Shown here piece by piece: positions 32,349-43,905 of a DNA stretch of 64,000 nt; the stretch's first letter is position 1; each line of letters begins with the position of its first letter. This stretch comes from a bacterium (lineage in GTDB: Bacteria > UBA8248 > JACPRG01 > G963555815): assembly GCA_965218795.1 (NCBI GenBank), contig OZ244653.1, positions 2,272,001 through 2,336,000 of the forward strand, in the 5' to 3' direction. The translations under genes and the position numbers were made by a program. The notes under the pieces are model-generated. The model saw nothing but the letters and a program-made list of their open reading frames with translations. It searched no databases and was not told where the DNA came from.

Positions 32349-32506
32349 AGATCTTTGGGGGGCATTTTGGAGGCAACGCGCCTCCGCGGATTCACGGCGC
32401 CCATAGGGCACTGCAACCGGGCGCTCGGAGTGAACCCAACTGAAGACGCAGGGGCTCGGCCTTCTGCGCCCCTCCCGTTGAATGACCTTGGGCTCGCCAA
32501 AGGGAA

Positions 32507-33439
32507 CTACGCGCTCTTCTTGCGTTTTCGCAGCGAAACGGCTGCGGCTTCGCCCGGGGTCCACGCCAGGATGATGGGCGCGGCAATATAGATGGAAGAA
32601 TACGTACCGGCGAGCACTCCGATCAGCAGCGCAAAGGCGAATCCGCGGATCACCTCGCCGCCGAGGAAGTAGAGCGCCAGGACGACCATCAAGGTCGTGC
32701 CGGAGGTCAGAATCGTGCGGCTGATGGTCTGGTTGATGCTGATGTTGATCAGGTCAAAGATGGTTTCTTTCCGAAGATTCCTGAGGTTCTCCCGGATCCG
32801 GTCGAACACGACGATGGTATCGTTCAGCGAATAGCCGATGATCGTCAAAATGGCGGCCACCACCGGCAGGGTGAATTCCAGGTTCATCACCGAAAACGCG
32901 GCGATGGTGATCAGGACGTCGTGTGCCAGGGCGGCAATGGCGGCAACGGCAAACCGGAACTCGAACCGCCAGGTGATATAGATAAGAATCCCGACCATGG
33001 AATACAGGACGGCCAGCAGGGCCTTGCGCCTCAGGTCCGCCCCCACCGTTGGTCCCACCGTCTCCACCCTGCGCACTTCGAAGGCATCCTTTCCCCCAAA
33101 GGCTTCAGCCATGGCTTTTTGAATCTGGCTCGCCAGCTCCTTCACTTCCGCGCTGGATTTCTCTACCCGGATCAGAACCTCCCGTGGATCTCCGAACTCC
33201 TGCACAACGGTGTCACCGACATTCAGTCCCTCCATGGCTTCACGGACGATACCGATCGTTTGGGGACTCTTGAAACGGAGCTGCACCATTGTCCCACCGA
33301 GAAAATCGATTCCATAGTTCGGGCCGCCCCGCGCCAGCAGCGACACCAATCCCACGAGTATCGCCACACCCGACAGGATGAGGGTGTGCTTGCGAATCCC
33401 GATAAAGTTGACGTTGGCGTCCGGATTGAAAAATTGCAC
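32507..33439 (-). CDS. secF: protein translocase subunit SecF
   Basis: GIDFLGG, VGPTVG, GYSLNDTIVVFDRIRE. Confidence 0.97.
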   Translation of the reverse strand: MQFFNPDANVNFIGIRKHTLILSGVAILVGLVSLLARGGPNYGIDFLGGTMVQLRFKSPQTIGIVREAMEGLNVGDTVVQEFGDPREVLIRVEKSSAEVKELASQIQKAMAEAFGGKDAFEVRRVETVGPTVGADLRRKALLAVLYSMVGILIYITWRFEFRFAVAAIAALAHDVLITIAAFSVMNLEFTLPVVAAILTIIGYSLNDTIVVFDRIRENLRNLRKETIFDLINISINQTISRTILTSGTTLMVVLALYFLGGEVIRGFAFALLIGVLAGTYSSIYIAAPIILAWTPGEAAAVSLRKRKKSA

Positions 33440-33448
33440 GCTGATTTC

Positions 33449-34990
33449 CTAGATGCTGAGCGTCCGCACCTGGCGGCGGGCCAAAACCATATCCAATATC
33501 ACCCGGGTGCAAAAGACAGCGGTAAACATGCTGGCCACAATCCCGACGGACAGCGTGATAGCAAACCCGCGGACCGGTCCGGTCCCGAACTGGAGCAGAA
33601 CCAAGGCCGCAATGAGGGTTGTGACGTTTGCGTCCAAAATCGTCAGGAATGCGCGGCCGTACCCCTGATCCACCGCGGCCCGGATGGTCTTTCCCAGCCG
33701 AAGCTCCTCGCGGATCCGTTCGAAAATCAAAACATTGGCGTCAACCGCCATGCCCACCGTGAGGATTAAACCGGCGATCCCCGGCAGCGTCAGGGTGGCC
33801 CCAAACCCCGCCATGACTCCCATGATGATGACGAGGTTCACGATCAGGGCCATCACCGCCAAAATTCCCGAAAATTTGTAGTAGACCACCATGAAGACAA
33901 GCACCAGGATACCGCCGAGGATGATGGAGATGACCCCCGCACGGATGGAATCCCGCCCGAGGGAAGGACCGACCGTCCGCTCCTCCAGGATTTTCACGGG
34001 GGCCGGCAGAGCGCCCGCACGGAGAACGATGGCCATATCCCGGGCCTCTTCGTCCGAAAAGCTGCCGGTAATGACAGCGGTTCCGCCGCTGATCCGTTCC
34101 TGGATAACGGGGGCCGAATAAATCCGCTTGTCCAAGACGATAGCGAGCCGCTTGCCAACGTTGGCCGCCGTAATGCGGTCGAACCGCCTCGCTCCCCGGC
34201 TGTCGAACCGCACGCTCACTTGAGGCTGGTTGAATTGGCCGAACTCTACCCTCGCATCCACCAGGGAGTCGCCCGTGAGGGCTGTTCGCCGTTTCAACAG
34301 AAATGGCGTTCGGCCCTCCTCGCGTCGGGTTTCGCTGTTGATGATGGGCTGGTACAGGATCTCGCTGCCCGGAGGGACGCGGCCCGCCAGGGCTTCCTGA
34401 ACGCTGCGCTCGTCGTCCACGAGCTTGAATTCCAGCAGCGCCGTCCGGCCGATGAGCCGCTTCGCGCGCTCCGGCTCCTTGATGCCTGGGAGCTGAATCA
34501 CCAACCGGCGGTCACCCTGTCGGATCAGGCTCGGCTCTGCGACGCCGAACTGATCGATGCGGTTGCGCATGGTTTCCAGGGCCTGACGGACCGCGAGGTC
34601 TTCAACCCGCTGGCGGGCCCCCTGGACCATCTCAATGAGGTATTCACTCCCTTCGCCCTGCCGCAGCAAGAGGTCCGGATATCCCTGAAGAATATTCTCC
34701 ACCTTCGTCCGGTCCGCTTCCTCTGGCAGAGAGACCTTCAAGACATCCCCTTCTCGGGAGAAATCCGCGTATTTCACACCTCGGCGATTCAATCGGGCCC
34801 GAATGTCTCCCGAATTGCGCTCTAGGGAGCCCTCGACCGCTTTATCCGCCTCAACTTCGAGGACGAGATGCATCCCCCCTTGGAGGTCCAACCCGAGATT
34901 GATGGTTTTCTCCACAGGGATGGCATACCAGAGGGAGACTGCCAGCACGATGAGGATGAGACCGATCTTCCACACAGAAGGCGATTTCAC
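33449..34990 (-). CDS. secD: protein translocase subunit SecD
   Basis: LGLDLQGG, RIDQFGVAEP, LRAGALPAP, VDANVLIFERIREE; probable GTG start at 34990. Confidence 0.97.
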   Translation of the reverse strand: MKSPSVWKIGLILIVLAVSLWYAIPVEKTINLGLDLQGGMHLVLEVEADKAVEGSLERNSGDIRARLNRRGVKYADFSREGDVLKVSLPEEADRTKVENILQGYPDLLLRQGEGSEYLIEMVQGARQRVEDLAVRQALETMRNRIDQFGVAEPSLIRQGDRRLVIQLPGIKEPERAKRLIGRTALLEFKLVDDERSVQEALAGRVPPGSEILYQPIINSETRREEGRTPFLLKRRTALTGDSLVDARVEFGQFNQPQVSVRFDSRGARRFDRITAANVGKRLAIVLDKRIYSAPVIQERISGGTAVITGSFSDEEARDMAIVLRAGALPAPVKILEERTVGPSLGRDSIRAGVISIILGGILVLVFMVVYYKFSGILAVMALIVNLVIIMGVMAGFGATLTLPGIAGLILTVGMAVDANVLIFERIREELRLGKTIRAAVDQGYGRAFLTILDANVTTLIAALVLLQFGTGPVRGFAITLSVGIVASMFTAVFCTRVILDMVLARRQVRTLSI

Positions 34991-35275
34991 CGTTCCAGCC
35001 CCGTCTGTCCCGGGAAGTCGTAGAGCCAACCGGCCGGGAGGGGATTTTGGACAAAAGATGCACCCATCGCCGTCATCTCGTTGAACGCTAAAAGGTTTCC
35101 CAAAACGTTCCGATCCCTGATGATTGGAGGCTCTGGAAAGAGCAATTCCATGAGGGAAGGATGCCAGGTATTCCGACGGGCGCACGATGGAATGAGGCGC
35201 TGAATACCCTATCTCGTTACAAATTCATCCTGACGGGACGCGCCATCCGCAAAATTCGCAATCGCTCAACCGCTC

Positions 35276-35300
35276 ATAGGGGTCCCGAGGGTTCCCCTAT
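35276..35300. terminator. hairpin immediately after yajC
   Basis: ATAGGGG...CCCCTAT inverted repeat without a clear U tract. Confidence 0.35.
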
Positions 35301-35665
35301 CATTCGTCGTCGTCGCCTTCGCCTTCCTCGTCCTTCGATTTCCCGCCCCCGCGTCCGACTACGGCGGTCACGTTGCTCTTCTGAACGCGAATGCGAACGT
35401 TTTCAGCAATTTCCAGATGCACCTTGTCTTCCCGGATCTTGGACACGGTCCCGAAAATCCCGCCCGTCGTCAGCACCTGATCGCCGGGCGACAGCGCCTC
35501 CAGGAGTTTCCGGTGATCGGCCTGTTTTTTCTGCTGCGGCCGGATCATCAGGAAATAGATGATGGCGAACACCATTGCGAAGGGAAGGAGAAGTCCGGCG
35601 ATCCCACCAGTGGACTCCCCCCCGCCCCCGGATCCGCCCATTGCGTATAGATACTCTGCCCACAT
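35300..35665 (-). CDS. yajC: preprotein translocase subunit YajC
   Basis: YFLMIRPQQK, GDQVLTTGGIFG. Confidence 0.96.
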   Translation of the reverse strand: MWAEYLYAMGGSGGGGESTGGIAGLLLPFAMVFAIIYFLMIRPQQKKQADHRKLLEALSPGDQVLTTGGIFGTVSKIREDKVHLEIAENVRIRVQKSNVTAVVGRGGGKSKDEEGEGDDDE

Positions 35666-35718
35666 AGGCTATTCTCCTAGTCCGCCGCCTCTCGGGACGG
35701 CCTGGATGGAAACGGTTC

Positions 35719-35747
35719 CTTCTATCAAACCAGCTTCCGGGTGTCAA
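35719..35747 (-). promoter_or_regulatory. sigma70-like promoter of yajC
   Basis: TTGACA-N17-TAGAAG, with the spacer ending TGA (extended -10). Confidence 0.45.
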
Positions 35748-35790
35748 ACCGATTGCCGGTGGCGTCGCTGCCTGGGCGATGCGCACCGCG

Positions 35791-37729
<1,939 letters not shown>

Positions 37730-37818
37730 CGGAAGAATCCATCTTCGCCGGACGGGCCTGACCGGATGGGATGTGGAACCCTGCGGCTTCTGTGCTCAAT
37801 GGCCCCGGGACGGATTGA

Positions 37819-39078
37819 TCAGTCATCGCATCCGTCCGTGTCCGATTCCGGCGATGCAATCCATCTCTCCGGGAAAATGGCATCCGGGTAGGTGGCGCGG
37901 ACGGCCCGGCCTCCCTCCACGTAAAGGCGGGGGACCCTTCTGGATAAACCGCACAAAATCTCGTACGGGACCGTGTCCGCCAAATCGGCCAGTTCCTCAG
38001 CCGTTACGCTTTCCTGATCCTGCCTGCCCAAAAGCACCACCTCATCGCCCACGGCGGCCCCCGGCAGATGGTTGATGAGAACGGCCAGCATATCCATCGA
38101 TACCGCCCCGACAACGGGCGCCCTTCGTCCTCCGATCAGGACGTCCGCCTTGTTGCTGAGGCAGCGGGGATAGCCGTCCGCGTAACCCATCGGGATGACG
38201 GCCACCCTGCTGCGTTCGGATACCCGGAAGGTGCGGCCGTATCCGATGGAGCGCTCACCCTCAGCCTCGTTCATGTGAACGATTCGGCTGTTCCAGGACA
38301 TGACGGGTTCAAACTCATCAAGGACCTGTCCAGGGTCGGGATTGGCCCCGAAGAGGAGAATCCCCACCCGGACCATGTTCAGCCACGAATTCGGCATCCT
38401 GAGGACCGCCCCGCTGTTGGCGCAGTGCAGCACGAGAGGCAGTCGATCTCGACTCCGAAGCTCTTCGACAAGATCGAGAAAGACCTCGAGTTGATTGGCA
38501 GAAGTCCCTTCCGGGTCTTCGGCATCGGCAAAATGAGACATCAGGCCGCGAACCTCGACGCCTTCCAGCCGGCGGACGCGGGTCAGAAAATCCGCAGCCT
38601 CGCCGGGCTGGATCCCCAACCGACCCATCCCCGAGTCTACTTTGATATGGACGGGGATTCGCCTGCCCGCGGCACGGCCCGCGGCGGAAAGGGCTTCGGC
38701 CACGCCGGCGTCACAGAGCACAGTCTCGAACCCGCCCGTCACCACGGAAGGGGCCTGCTCGGCCAACACGCCGCCCAGGACCAGAATCGGAGCCGCCAGA
38801 CCGGCCCTTCGAAGCTCCCAGCCTTCTTCCAGGACGCCGACGCCAAGCATTTCCGCCCCTGCGGCGACGGCGGTTCCCGCCACTTCGGCCGCTCCGTGAC
38901 CGTAGGCATCGGCCTTCACCACTGCCAGCAAACGGGCGGTCCGCCCCAATCGGTCGCGCACCCGCGCGGTATTTCTGGCCATCGCGTCCAGATCGATTCG
39001 CGCCACGGTGGGGCGGAGGGTCTGGGTTGTTTCGAGGCGTTCGGTGATCGTCGGATTCAATACTCTAAATCTCGGCAA
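37819..39078 (-). CDS. alr: alanine racemase
   Basis: AVVKADAYGHG, KVDSGMGRLG, GYADG, VSMD; start may be 39060. Confidence 0.96.
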   Translation of the reverse strand: MPRFRVLNPTITERLETTQTLRPTVARIDLDAMARNTARVRDRLGRTARLLAVVKADAYGHGAAEVAGTAVAAGAEMLGVGVLEEGWELRRAGLAAPILVLGGVLAEQAPSVVTGGFETVLCDAGVAEALSAAGRAAGRRIPVHIKVDSGMGRLGIQPGEAADFLTRVRRLEGVEVRGLMSHFADAEDPEGTSANQLEVFLDLVEELRSRDRLPLVLHCANSGAVLRMPNSWLNMVRVGILLFGANPDPGQVLDEFEPVMSWNSRIVHMNEAEGERSIGYGRTFRVSERSRVAVIPMGYADGYPRCLSNKADVLIGGRRAPVVGAVSMDMLAVLINHLPGAAVGDEVVLLGRQDQESVTAEELADLADTVPYEILCGLSRRVPRLYVEGGRAVRATYPDAIFPERWIASPESDTDGCDD

Positions 39079-39119
39079 ACGGTGGGAATCAATGGGTTCC
39101 GGGATTGACGGCGATGCGA

Positions 39120-40514
39120 TCAGAACGGGCCCGATTCGTCCACTGCTTCAGAAGGTTCCGCATATTCATGGCGAGAAAGATTCTCGAACCGGGCGTAGTT
39201 CTTGACAAAGGAGACGGGAACCCTGTCGATAGGGCCATTCCTCTGTTTCGCAATGATCACCTCCGCCTCACCCTCGATCTCGCGCCGCCTTTCCTCGTCG
39301 CGCTCATAAACCTCCGGCCGATATATGAAGGCGACGACATCGGCGTCCTGCTCAATGGCTCCTGACTCCCGCAGATCGGCCAGTTGGGGCCTGTGACCCT
39401 CCCGCTGCTCCACCTGCCGGCTCAGCTGGGAGAGCGCGATGACGGGAATGTTCAGCTCTTTCGCCAGCTCCTTCAACGAGCGGGAAATATCGGTGATCTC
39501 CTGCTGCCGGTTCTCCACACGTCCCCGGCCCCGCAGCAACTGAAGATAGTCGACGATGATCAGCGAGAGACCCCTCTCGGCCTTCAACCTCCTCGCGCGC
39601 GCCCGAATGTCCAGGGCCGTCAAGGCGGCGCTGTCGTCGATATAGATGGGGGCATCGGCCAATTTTCCGGCCGCCGTGGTCAGCCGCGGCCAATCGCCCT
39701 TTTCCAGAAACCCGGTACGCAATTTTTGGATGTCAATCCGCGCCAATGAACAGAGCAGCCTGATCACCAGCTGTTCCTTTGACATTTCCAGACTGAAGAC
39801 TCCGACCGGAAGCTGACTCTGGGTACCCACGTTTTGGGCGATGCTCAAGGCAAACGACGTCTTCCCCATACTCGGGCGACCCGCAACAATAATCAAATCC
39901 GAAGGCTGCAGGCCGGCCGTCAGCCGGTCAAAATCAGTGAATCCGGTGGCAACGCCGGTCACCATCTCCTTGCGTTCATAGAGTTCCTCAATCGTCTTGA
40001 AAGTCGACTTCAAGACATCGCTCATGCTGAGAAAACTCTGTGAGATTCGATCTTGTGAAATCTCGAAGATGACGCGCTCGGCCTGATCGATGAAAGCCTC
40101 CACTTCTTGGGTGCCTTCATAACCCTGGGCGACTATCTCTGTCGCGGCGGAGATCAAATCGCGCAGCAACGCCTTTTCTTTCACCAGTTTCGCGTGCGGG
40201 CCCACCCCCGCGGCCGTGGGAACTGCATCCACCAGAGCGGCCAAATAGGCTTCACCCCCCACCTCCTCCAGGTTCGCATCCTTTCGAAGGCGGTCGGTGA
40301 GAGTGAGCAGGTCGATGGCTTCGTTCCGCTCAAAAAGGCCCAACATGGCGGAGAAAATTTTCCGGTGGGTTTCCCGGTAAAAATGCCTATCTCGAATCAC
40401 CTCAAGAACCTTGGGGATCGCGGCGTTGTCGAGGAGTACAGCCCCCAGGACGGCCTGTTCGGCCTCAAGGTTCTGCGGAGGGACCCGATGGATCACTTCA
40501 TCTTCGGGCGTCAT
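39120..40514 (-). CDS. dnaB: replicative DNA helicase (no intein)
   Basis: PPQNLEAEQ, GRPSMGKT, VDYLQL, DLRESGAIEQDAD, KQRNGP. Confidence 0.98.
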   Translation of the reverse strand: MTPEDEVIHRVPPQNLEAEQAVLGAVLLDNAAIPKVLEVIRDRHFYRETHRKIFSAMLGLFERNEAIDLLTLTDRLRKDANLEEVGGEAYLAALVDAVPTAAGVGPHAKLVKEKALLRDLISAATEIVAQGYEGTQEVEAFIDQAERVIFEISQDRISQSFLSMSDVLKSTFKTIEELYERKEMVTGVATGFTDFDRLTAGLQPSDLIIVAGRPSMGKTSFALSIAQNVGTQSQLPVGVFSLEMSKEQLVIRLLCSLARIDIQKLRTGFLEKGDWPRLTTAAGKLADAPIYIDDSAALTALDIRARARRLKAERGLSLIIVDYLQLLRGRGRVENRQQEITDISRSLKELAKELNIPVIALSQLSRQVEQREGHRPQLADLRESGAIEQDADVVAFIYRPEVYERDEERRREIEGEAEVIIAKQRNGPIDRVPVSFVKNYARFENLSRHEYAEPSEAVDESGPF

Positions 40515-40568
40515 GTCTTTTCTTCACACTTGGGGCAAAGATCCGATGACCCCAGGCAGCCTGTTTTC

Positions 40569-40634
40569 ATGGGTTCTTGGCGGCCACGGTATTCGAGCGG
40601 GCATCGGATGGGTTCAGTTCTTGGCGGCCCGGTA
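40569..40634. repeat. imperfect direct repeat between rplI and dnaB
   Basis: GTTCTTGGCGGCC exact at 40573-40585 and 40617-40629, with shared flanks ATGGGTTC and CGGTA. Confidence 0.7.
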
Positions 40635-40635
40635 A

Positions 40636-41268
40636 TCAGGAGCTTTCCTCGCCGGCGCCCTTCTCCCGTTCCTCTCCTTCTTCCTCCACTCCCGGTTCCT
40701 CAGAGATATCTTCTTCGGCGGCCTCTGCGGGTTCCGCTTCACCCGCTCCGCCTTCTCCCTGCGCGGCTGCAGCCTCCGCCGGTTCCGTTGCAGCCTCCTC
40801 GGCCTCTGAATCCTCCGGTTGGCCTTCCTCTGCTTCCACCCAGACGTTCAATTCCGCCGTGACTTCCGGGTGGACGCGAACCGGGATCTTGTACACGCCC
40901 AGGGCCTTGATGGGAGACTCCAACTGAATCTTGCGTCGGTCGATCTTTTCTCCGGCTTCCTGGATTGCATCGGCGATGTCTTTCGCCGTTACGGATCCGA
41001 ACAGCCGGTCCCCTTCGCCAACCCGCCGGACAATCCGGAGCGACAGCTTCCCCAACTTCTCCGAAAAATCCTCGGCAGACCCTTTCATCTTCGCCAAACG
41101 TTGAGCCTGAATCCGCTTCTCATGCTCTACGGATTTCACGTTCCGCTTCGATGCGCGGACAGCGAGCCCTTTGGGAATCAGGTGATTCCTTCCATACCCG
41201 TCGGCGACATCCACCACATCGCCCATATCCCCAAGGTTTTCCACTTCCTCCCGCAGGATGACCTTCAT
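40636..41268 (-). CDS. rplI: 50S ribosomal protein L9 with acidic C-terminal tail
   Basis: MKVIL, GYGRNHLIPKG, LFGSVT. Confidence 0.97.
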   Translation of the reverse strand: MKVILREEVENLGDMGDVVDVADGYGRNHLIPKGLAVRASKRNVKSVEHEKRIQAQRLAKMKGSAEDFSEKLGKLSLRIVRRVGEGDRLFGSVTAKDIADAIQEAGEKIDRRKIQLESPIKALGVYKIPVRVHPEVTAELNVWVEAEEGQPEDSEAEEAATEPAEAAAAQGEGGAGEAEPAEAAEEDISEEPGVEEEGEEREKGAGEESS

Positions 41269-41283
41269 CTTCTTCTTTCCTCC

Positions 41284-42432
41284 TCAACCGTCCTCTTTAT
41301 CCGGGCTCTCTACCTCGGGAGAGATGCCGGTTTTTCGAAGCTTTCGGAAATCAAACCACAAATCAAACAGGCCGAACGCGACAATGACGTAACTCAGAGC
41401 GACGGAGATGAAATAGAGGGGGATCCGGAATACCACAGATACCCCCAGGCGCCGGCACCAAAAATGGACGACCGCCAGCCCCTGCAAAAAGTAGCCGAAC
41501 AGCAGGAGCAATACGAGGTTCGCCAAGACCCACGAGACGGGTTCCCCCCACAGAAAGAATAGGAGCAAGCCGCTCGCGATGAGCGGCCAGACAGCCGCCT
41601 CCGGCATGGACCAACGGCCCAGATCCATCTCGGGGAAAAGACGTCCAGCCCCGCGCAACGTCCAGAGACGGCGAACCAGCGAGTAGTTCAGCAGCGAAAT
41701 CAAAGCCGCCTGCACGACCACAATGGCCGGCATCAAGCGGCCCAACACTCGGATCAAGCGGGCGACCTCCTCGCCGGCGGGTCCCTGGGGGGCGCCCGAC
41801 ATCTGATGGAGGGTTCGCTCTCCTTCGGGACCGAGCGCGCCGGTTACGATGTTACCCCCAAGTCCGAGAACCTGAATGCCGTACAAGAGCCCCATTCCGG
41901 CCGCCACACCGAGAACACTCCATCCGACCGCCGTCTCCACCGATCTTCCCCCAAGAATGGCGATGGCCAGCACCCAGGCGACGACTCCAATGGTGGTCAG
42001 GTACTGCAGGGCGCTTGCCCATCCTCCGACGGCGACCAAAGCCAAAGCCACGCCGATCAGAGAAATGAGCCCCACACGGCTCCCGCACCGAAGGAAAATC
42101 TGCACCGCCGGCGCGGGTGAGAACAAACCGGCGGTTCCACCGATCAGCCCGAGCAGTCCGCCCATCATCGGCAGGCGCTCCATGACCATGTAGAGCAGAA
42201 GCGAGCCCCCGGCCAGCCCGACAATGCGGCCCGTTCCCAGATATGACTGGCCGGGTGGGTCGGCTGGAGTTTCCGATCCGGTCTCTTCCCGCGCCCTCCC
42301 GGGAGGCGAATCCTCCGGCGGGAACGACTTCATGCCGGCTCCCGACTGTCCATCCGACTCTTCCCGGGACTCGGATTCACCGGACGGGGACCGGCCCGGC
42401 TCTCCAGCTCCTCCGTCAGGCTCCATCGACAC
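41284..42432 (-). CDS. DUF2232 (YybS-like) membrane protein
   Basis: multiple TM helices, YFLQGLAVV, GLFDLWFDFRK; conserved position between rpsR and rplI. Confidence 0.85.
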   Translation of the reverse strand: MSMEPDGGAGEPGRSPSGESESREESDGQSGAGMKSFPPEDSPPGRAREETGSETPADPPGQSYLGTGRIVGLAGGSLLLYMVMERLPMMGGLLGLIGGTAGLFSPAPAVQIFLRCGSRVGLISLIGVALALVAVGGWASALQYLTTIGVVAWVLAIAILGGRSVETAVGWSVLGVAAGMGLLYGIQVLGLGGNIVTGALGPEGERTLHQMSGAPQGPAGEEVARLIRVLGRLMPAIVVVQAALISLLNYSLVRRLWTLRGAGRLFPEMDLGRWSMPEAAVWPLIASGLLLFFLWGEPVSWVLANLVLLLLFGYFLQGLAVVHFWCRRLGVSVVFRIPLYFISVALSYVIVAFGLFDLWFDFRKLRKTGISPEVESPDKEDG

Positions 42433-42471
42433 GGGAGACGACCCCCTTCCGAGCTTGTTTCCCTCAAACGG

Positions 42472-42729
42472 TTACTGTCGATCGACGGCGAACGGCAAGA
42501 AAGCGATGTTACGGGCACGCTTGATGGCTACAGTGAGCTGTCGCTGGTGACGCGCGCAATTACCCGAAATCCTGCGGGAGATGATCTTGCCCCGCTCGGT
42601 CATCAGGTTCCGGATTCTTCGAAGGTCTTTGTAATCGATGAATTCGACCTTATCCACGCAGAAGCGGCAGACCTTCTTGGGAACATAGCGCTTCTTTTTT
42701 TTCTTGGGTCTTACTGTTCTCATTGCCAA
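42472..42729 (-). CDS. rpsR: 30S ribosomal protein S18 (Zn-binding C+ form)
   Basis: CRFC, IDYKD, ERGKI, CARHQR. Confidence 0.97.
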   Translation of the reverse strand: MAMRTVRPKKKKKRYVPKKVCRFCVDKVEFIDYKDLRRIRNLMTERGKIISRRISGNCARHQRQLTVAIKRARNIAFLPFAVDRQ

Positions 42730-42741
42730 TGAACCGATCTC

Positions 42742-43161
42742 CTAAAACGGGATATCATCATCCCCGGGTGGCGGAGGTCCCGCAAATTCGGGTTCACCAC
42801 TCTGGGCCCTTTGACCGCCGCCCTGCGACTGGCCTCCCCCGGGCATGAAGTTCACATTCTGGGCCACCACTTCGTGCTTGCTGCGTTTGGTCCCGTCTTC
42901 CCCTTCCCAGGTCCGGTATTGCAAGCGTCCCTCCACGAGGGTCAGCCGGCCTTTGCTCAGGTACTCGCCGACCAACTCCGCCTGACGCCCAAACGCCACG
43001 ATATCCACAAAGCAGGTCTCTTCCCGCTGTTCGTCCCCCTGACGGTACCGTCGGTTGACGGCCAGGCCGAATGTCGCTACCGGCGTCCCCGCCGGCGTAT
43101 ACCGGACCTCCGGATCGCGGGTGAGATTTCCCAACAGGATTACACGATTAAAGCTCGCCAT
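42742..43161 (-). CDS. ssb: single-stranded DNA-binding protein
   Basis: NRVILLGNLTRDPE, EGRL, C-terminal DDDIPF. Confidence 0.98.
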   Translation of the reverse strand: MASFNRVILLGNLTRDPEVRYTPAGTPVATFGLAVNRRYRQGDEQREETCFVDIVAFGRQAELVGEYLSKGRLTLVEGRLQYRTWEGEDGTKRSKHEVVAQNVNFMPGGGQSQGGGQRAQSGEPEFAGPPPPGDDDIPF

Positions 43162-43190
43162 CTCTCCCCCTTCCCTCGTCCATCCATGCG

Positions 43191-43730
43191 CTAGCTCTCC
43201 GCGGTCGGCTCCGGGGCCACATCCGCCTTTGGAGTATCCGCGGCGGGTTCGGGCATTTCATCCGTTCGTGGAGCGCCCTCGTCGGTCTGTCCTCCGCTCT
43301 TGTCTTGAGGGGGAGGCGAGGCCGGTGAGCTCCGATCGGATTGCAGCCTGGCTCTGTAACCCGGCGAGTCCTCCGAACCTGCGAATTCTCCGTCTTCTCC
43401 ACGGGTCCGATCGCTGCGCAACAAATCCGGCGGCGTTGCCTCATCCGGCTTACAACGGACCGTGAGGTACTTCAACACTTGTTCGGAGATGCTTAGGTTC
43501 TGCTCGGTTTGACGAATCAGGGGCGAAGGGCCAGTGTACCGATACAGGACGTAGTAACCATAACGCTGGCGTCGAATGTCATAGGCGAGGCGCCGCTTTC
43601 CCCAGTGTTCAAAGTCGGAGATTTCCGCGCCGCCGGCCGTGAAGCGGTCTTTGAGCGCCTCGGCTTGGGCCTCCAGATCCTCTTCGGAAAGATCCGGGTG
43701 AAAAATGACAATGGTCTCGTAATGGTTCAT
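43191..43730 (-). CDS. rpsF: 30S ribosomal protein S6 with long C-terminal extension
   Basis: YETIVIFHPD, WGKRRLAYDI, GYY. Confidence 0.96.
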   Translation of the reverse strand: MNHYETIVIFHPDLSEEDLEAQAEALKDRFTAGGAEISDFEHWGKRRLAYDIRRQRYGYYVLYRYTGPSPLIRQTEQNLSISEQVLKYLTVRCKPDEATPPDLLRSDRTRGEDGEFAGSEDSPGYRARLQSDRSSPASPPPQDKSGGQTDEGAPRTDEMPEPAADTPKADVAPEPTAES

Positions 43731-43734
43731 GCAA

Positions 43735-43810
43735 CTCTCCTCTCGGATCGACAGCCCACAGACCCGCGGGCGACCTCATCGGACGCCCGGATTGCCCGGA
43801 GCAAGGAGAA
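43735..43810 (-). promoter_or_regulatory. S6:S18 ribosomal protein leader RNA
   Basis: minus strand CTCCTTGCTC...GGGCTG-TCGA-TCCGA-GAGGAG; P1 sequesters the rpsF SD and a CCG sits in the junction, matching the known leader layout. Confidence 0.7.
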
Positions 43811-43905
43811 AAACCCGCCAGGGGAACCCTACCACATGGATTCACCCCCTACAATTATGGAATTCCTATCCAGGCCGTGAACGTCCGTACAGCAACTTTC
43901 CCCCG

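Noticed and set aside
42650-43010. DnaA-box-like words (TTATCCACG, ATATCCACA)
   Set aside because: Isolated, imperfect and inside coding sequence; no oriC-like cluster
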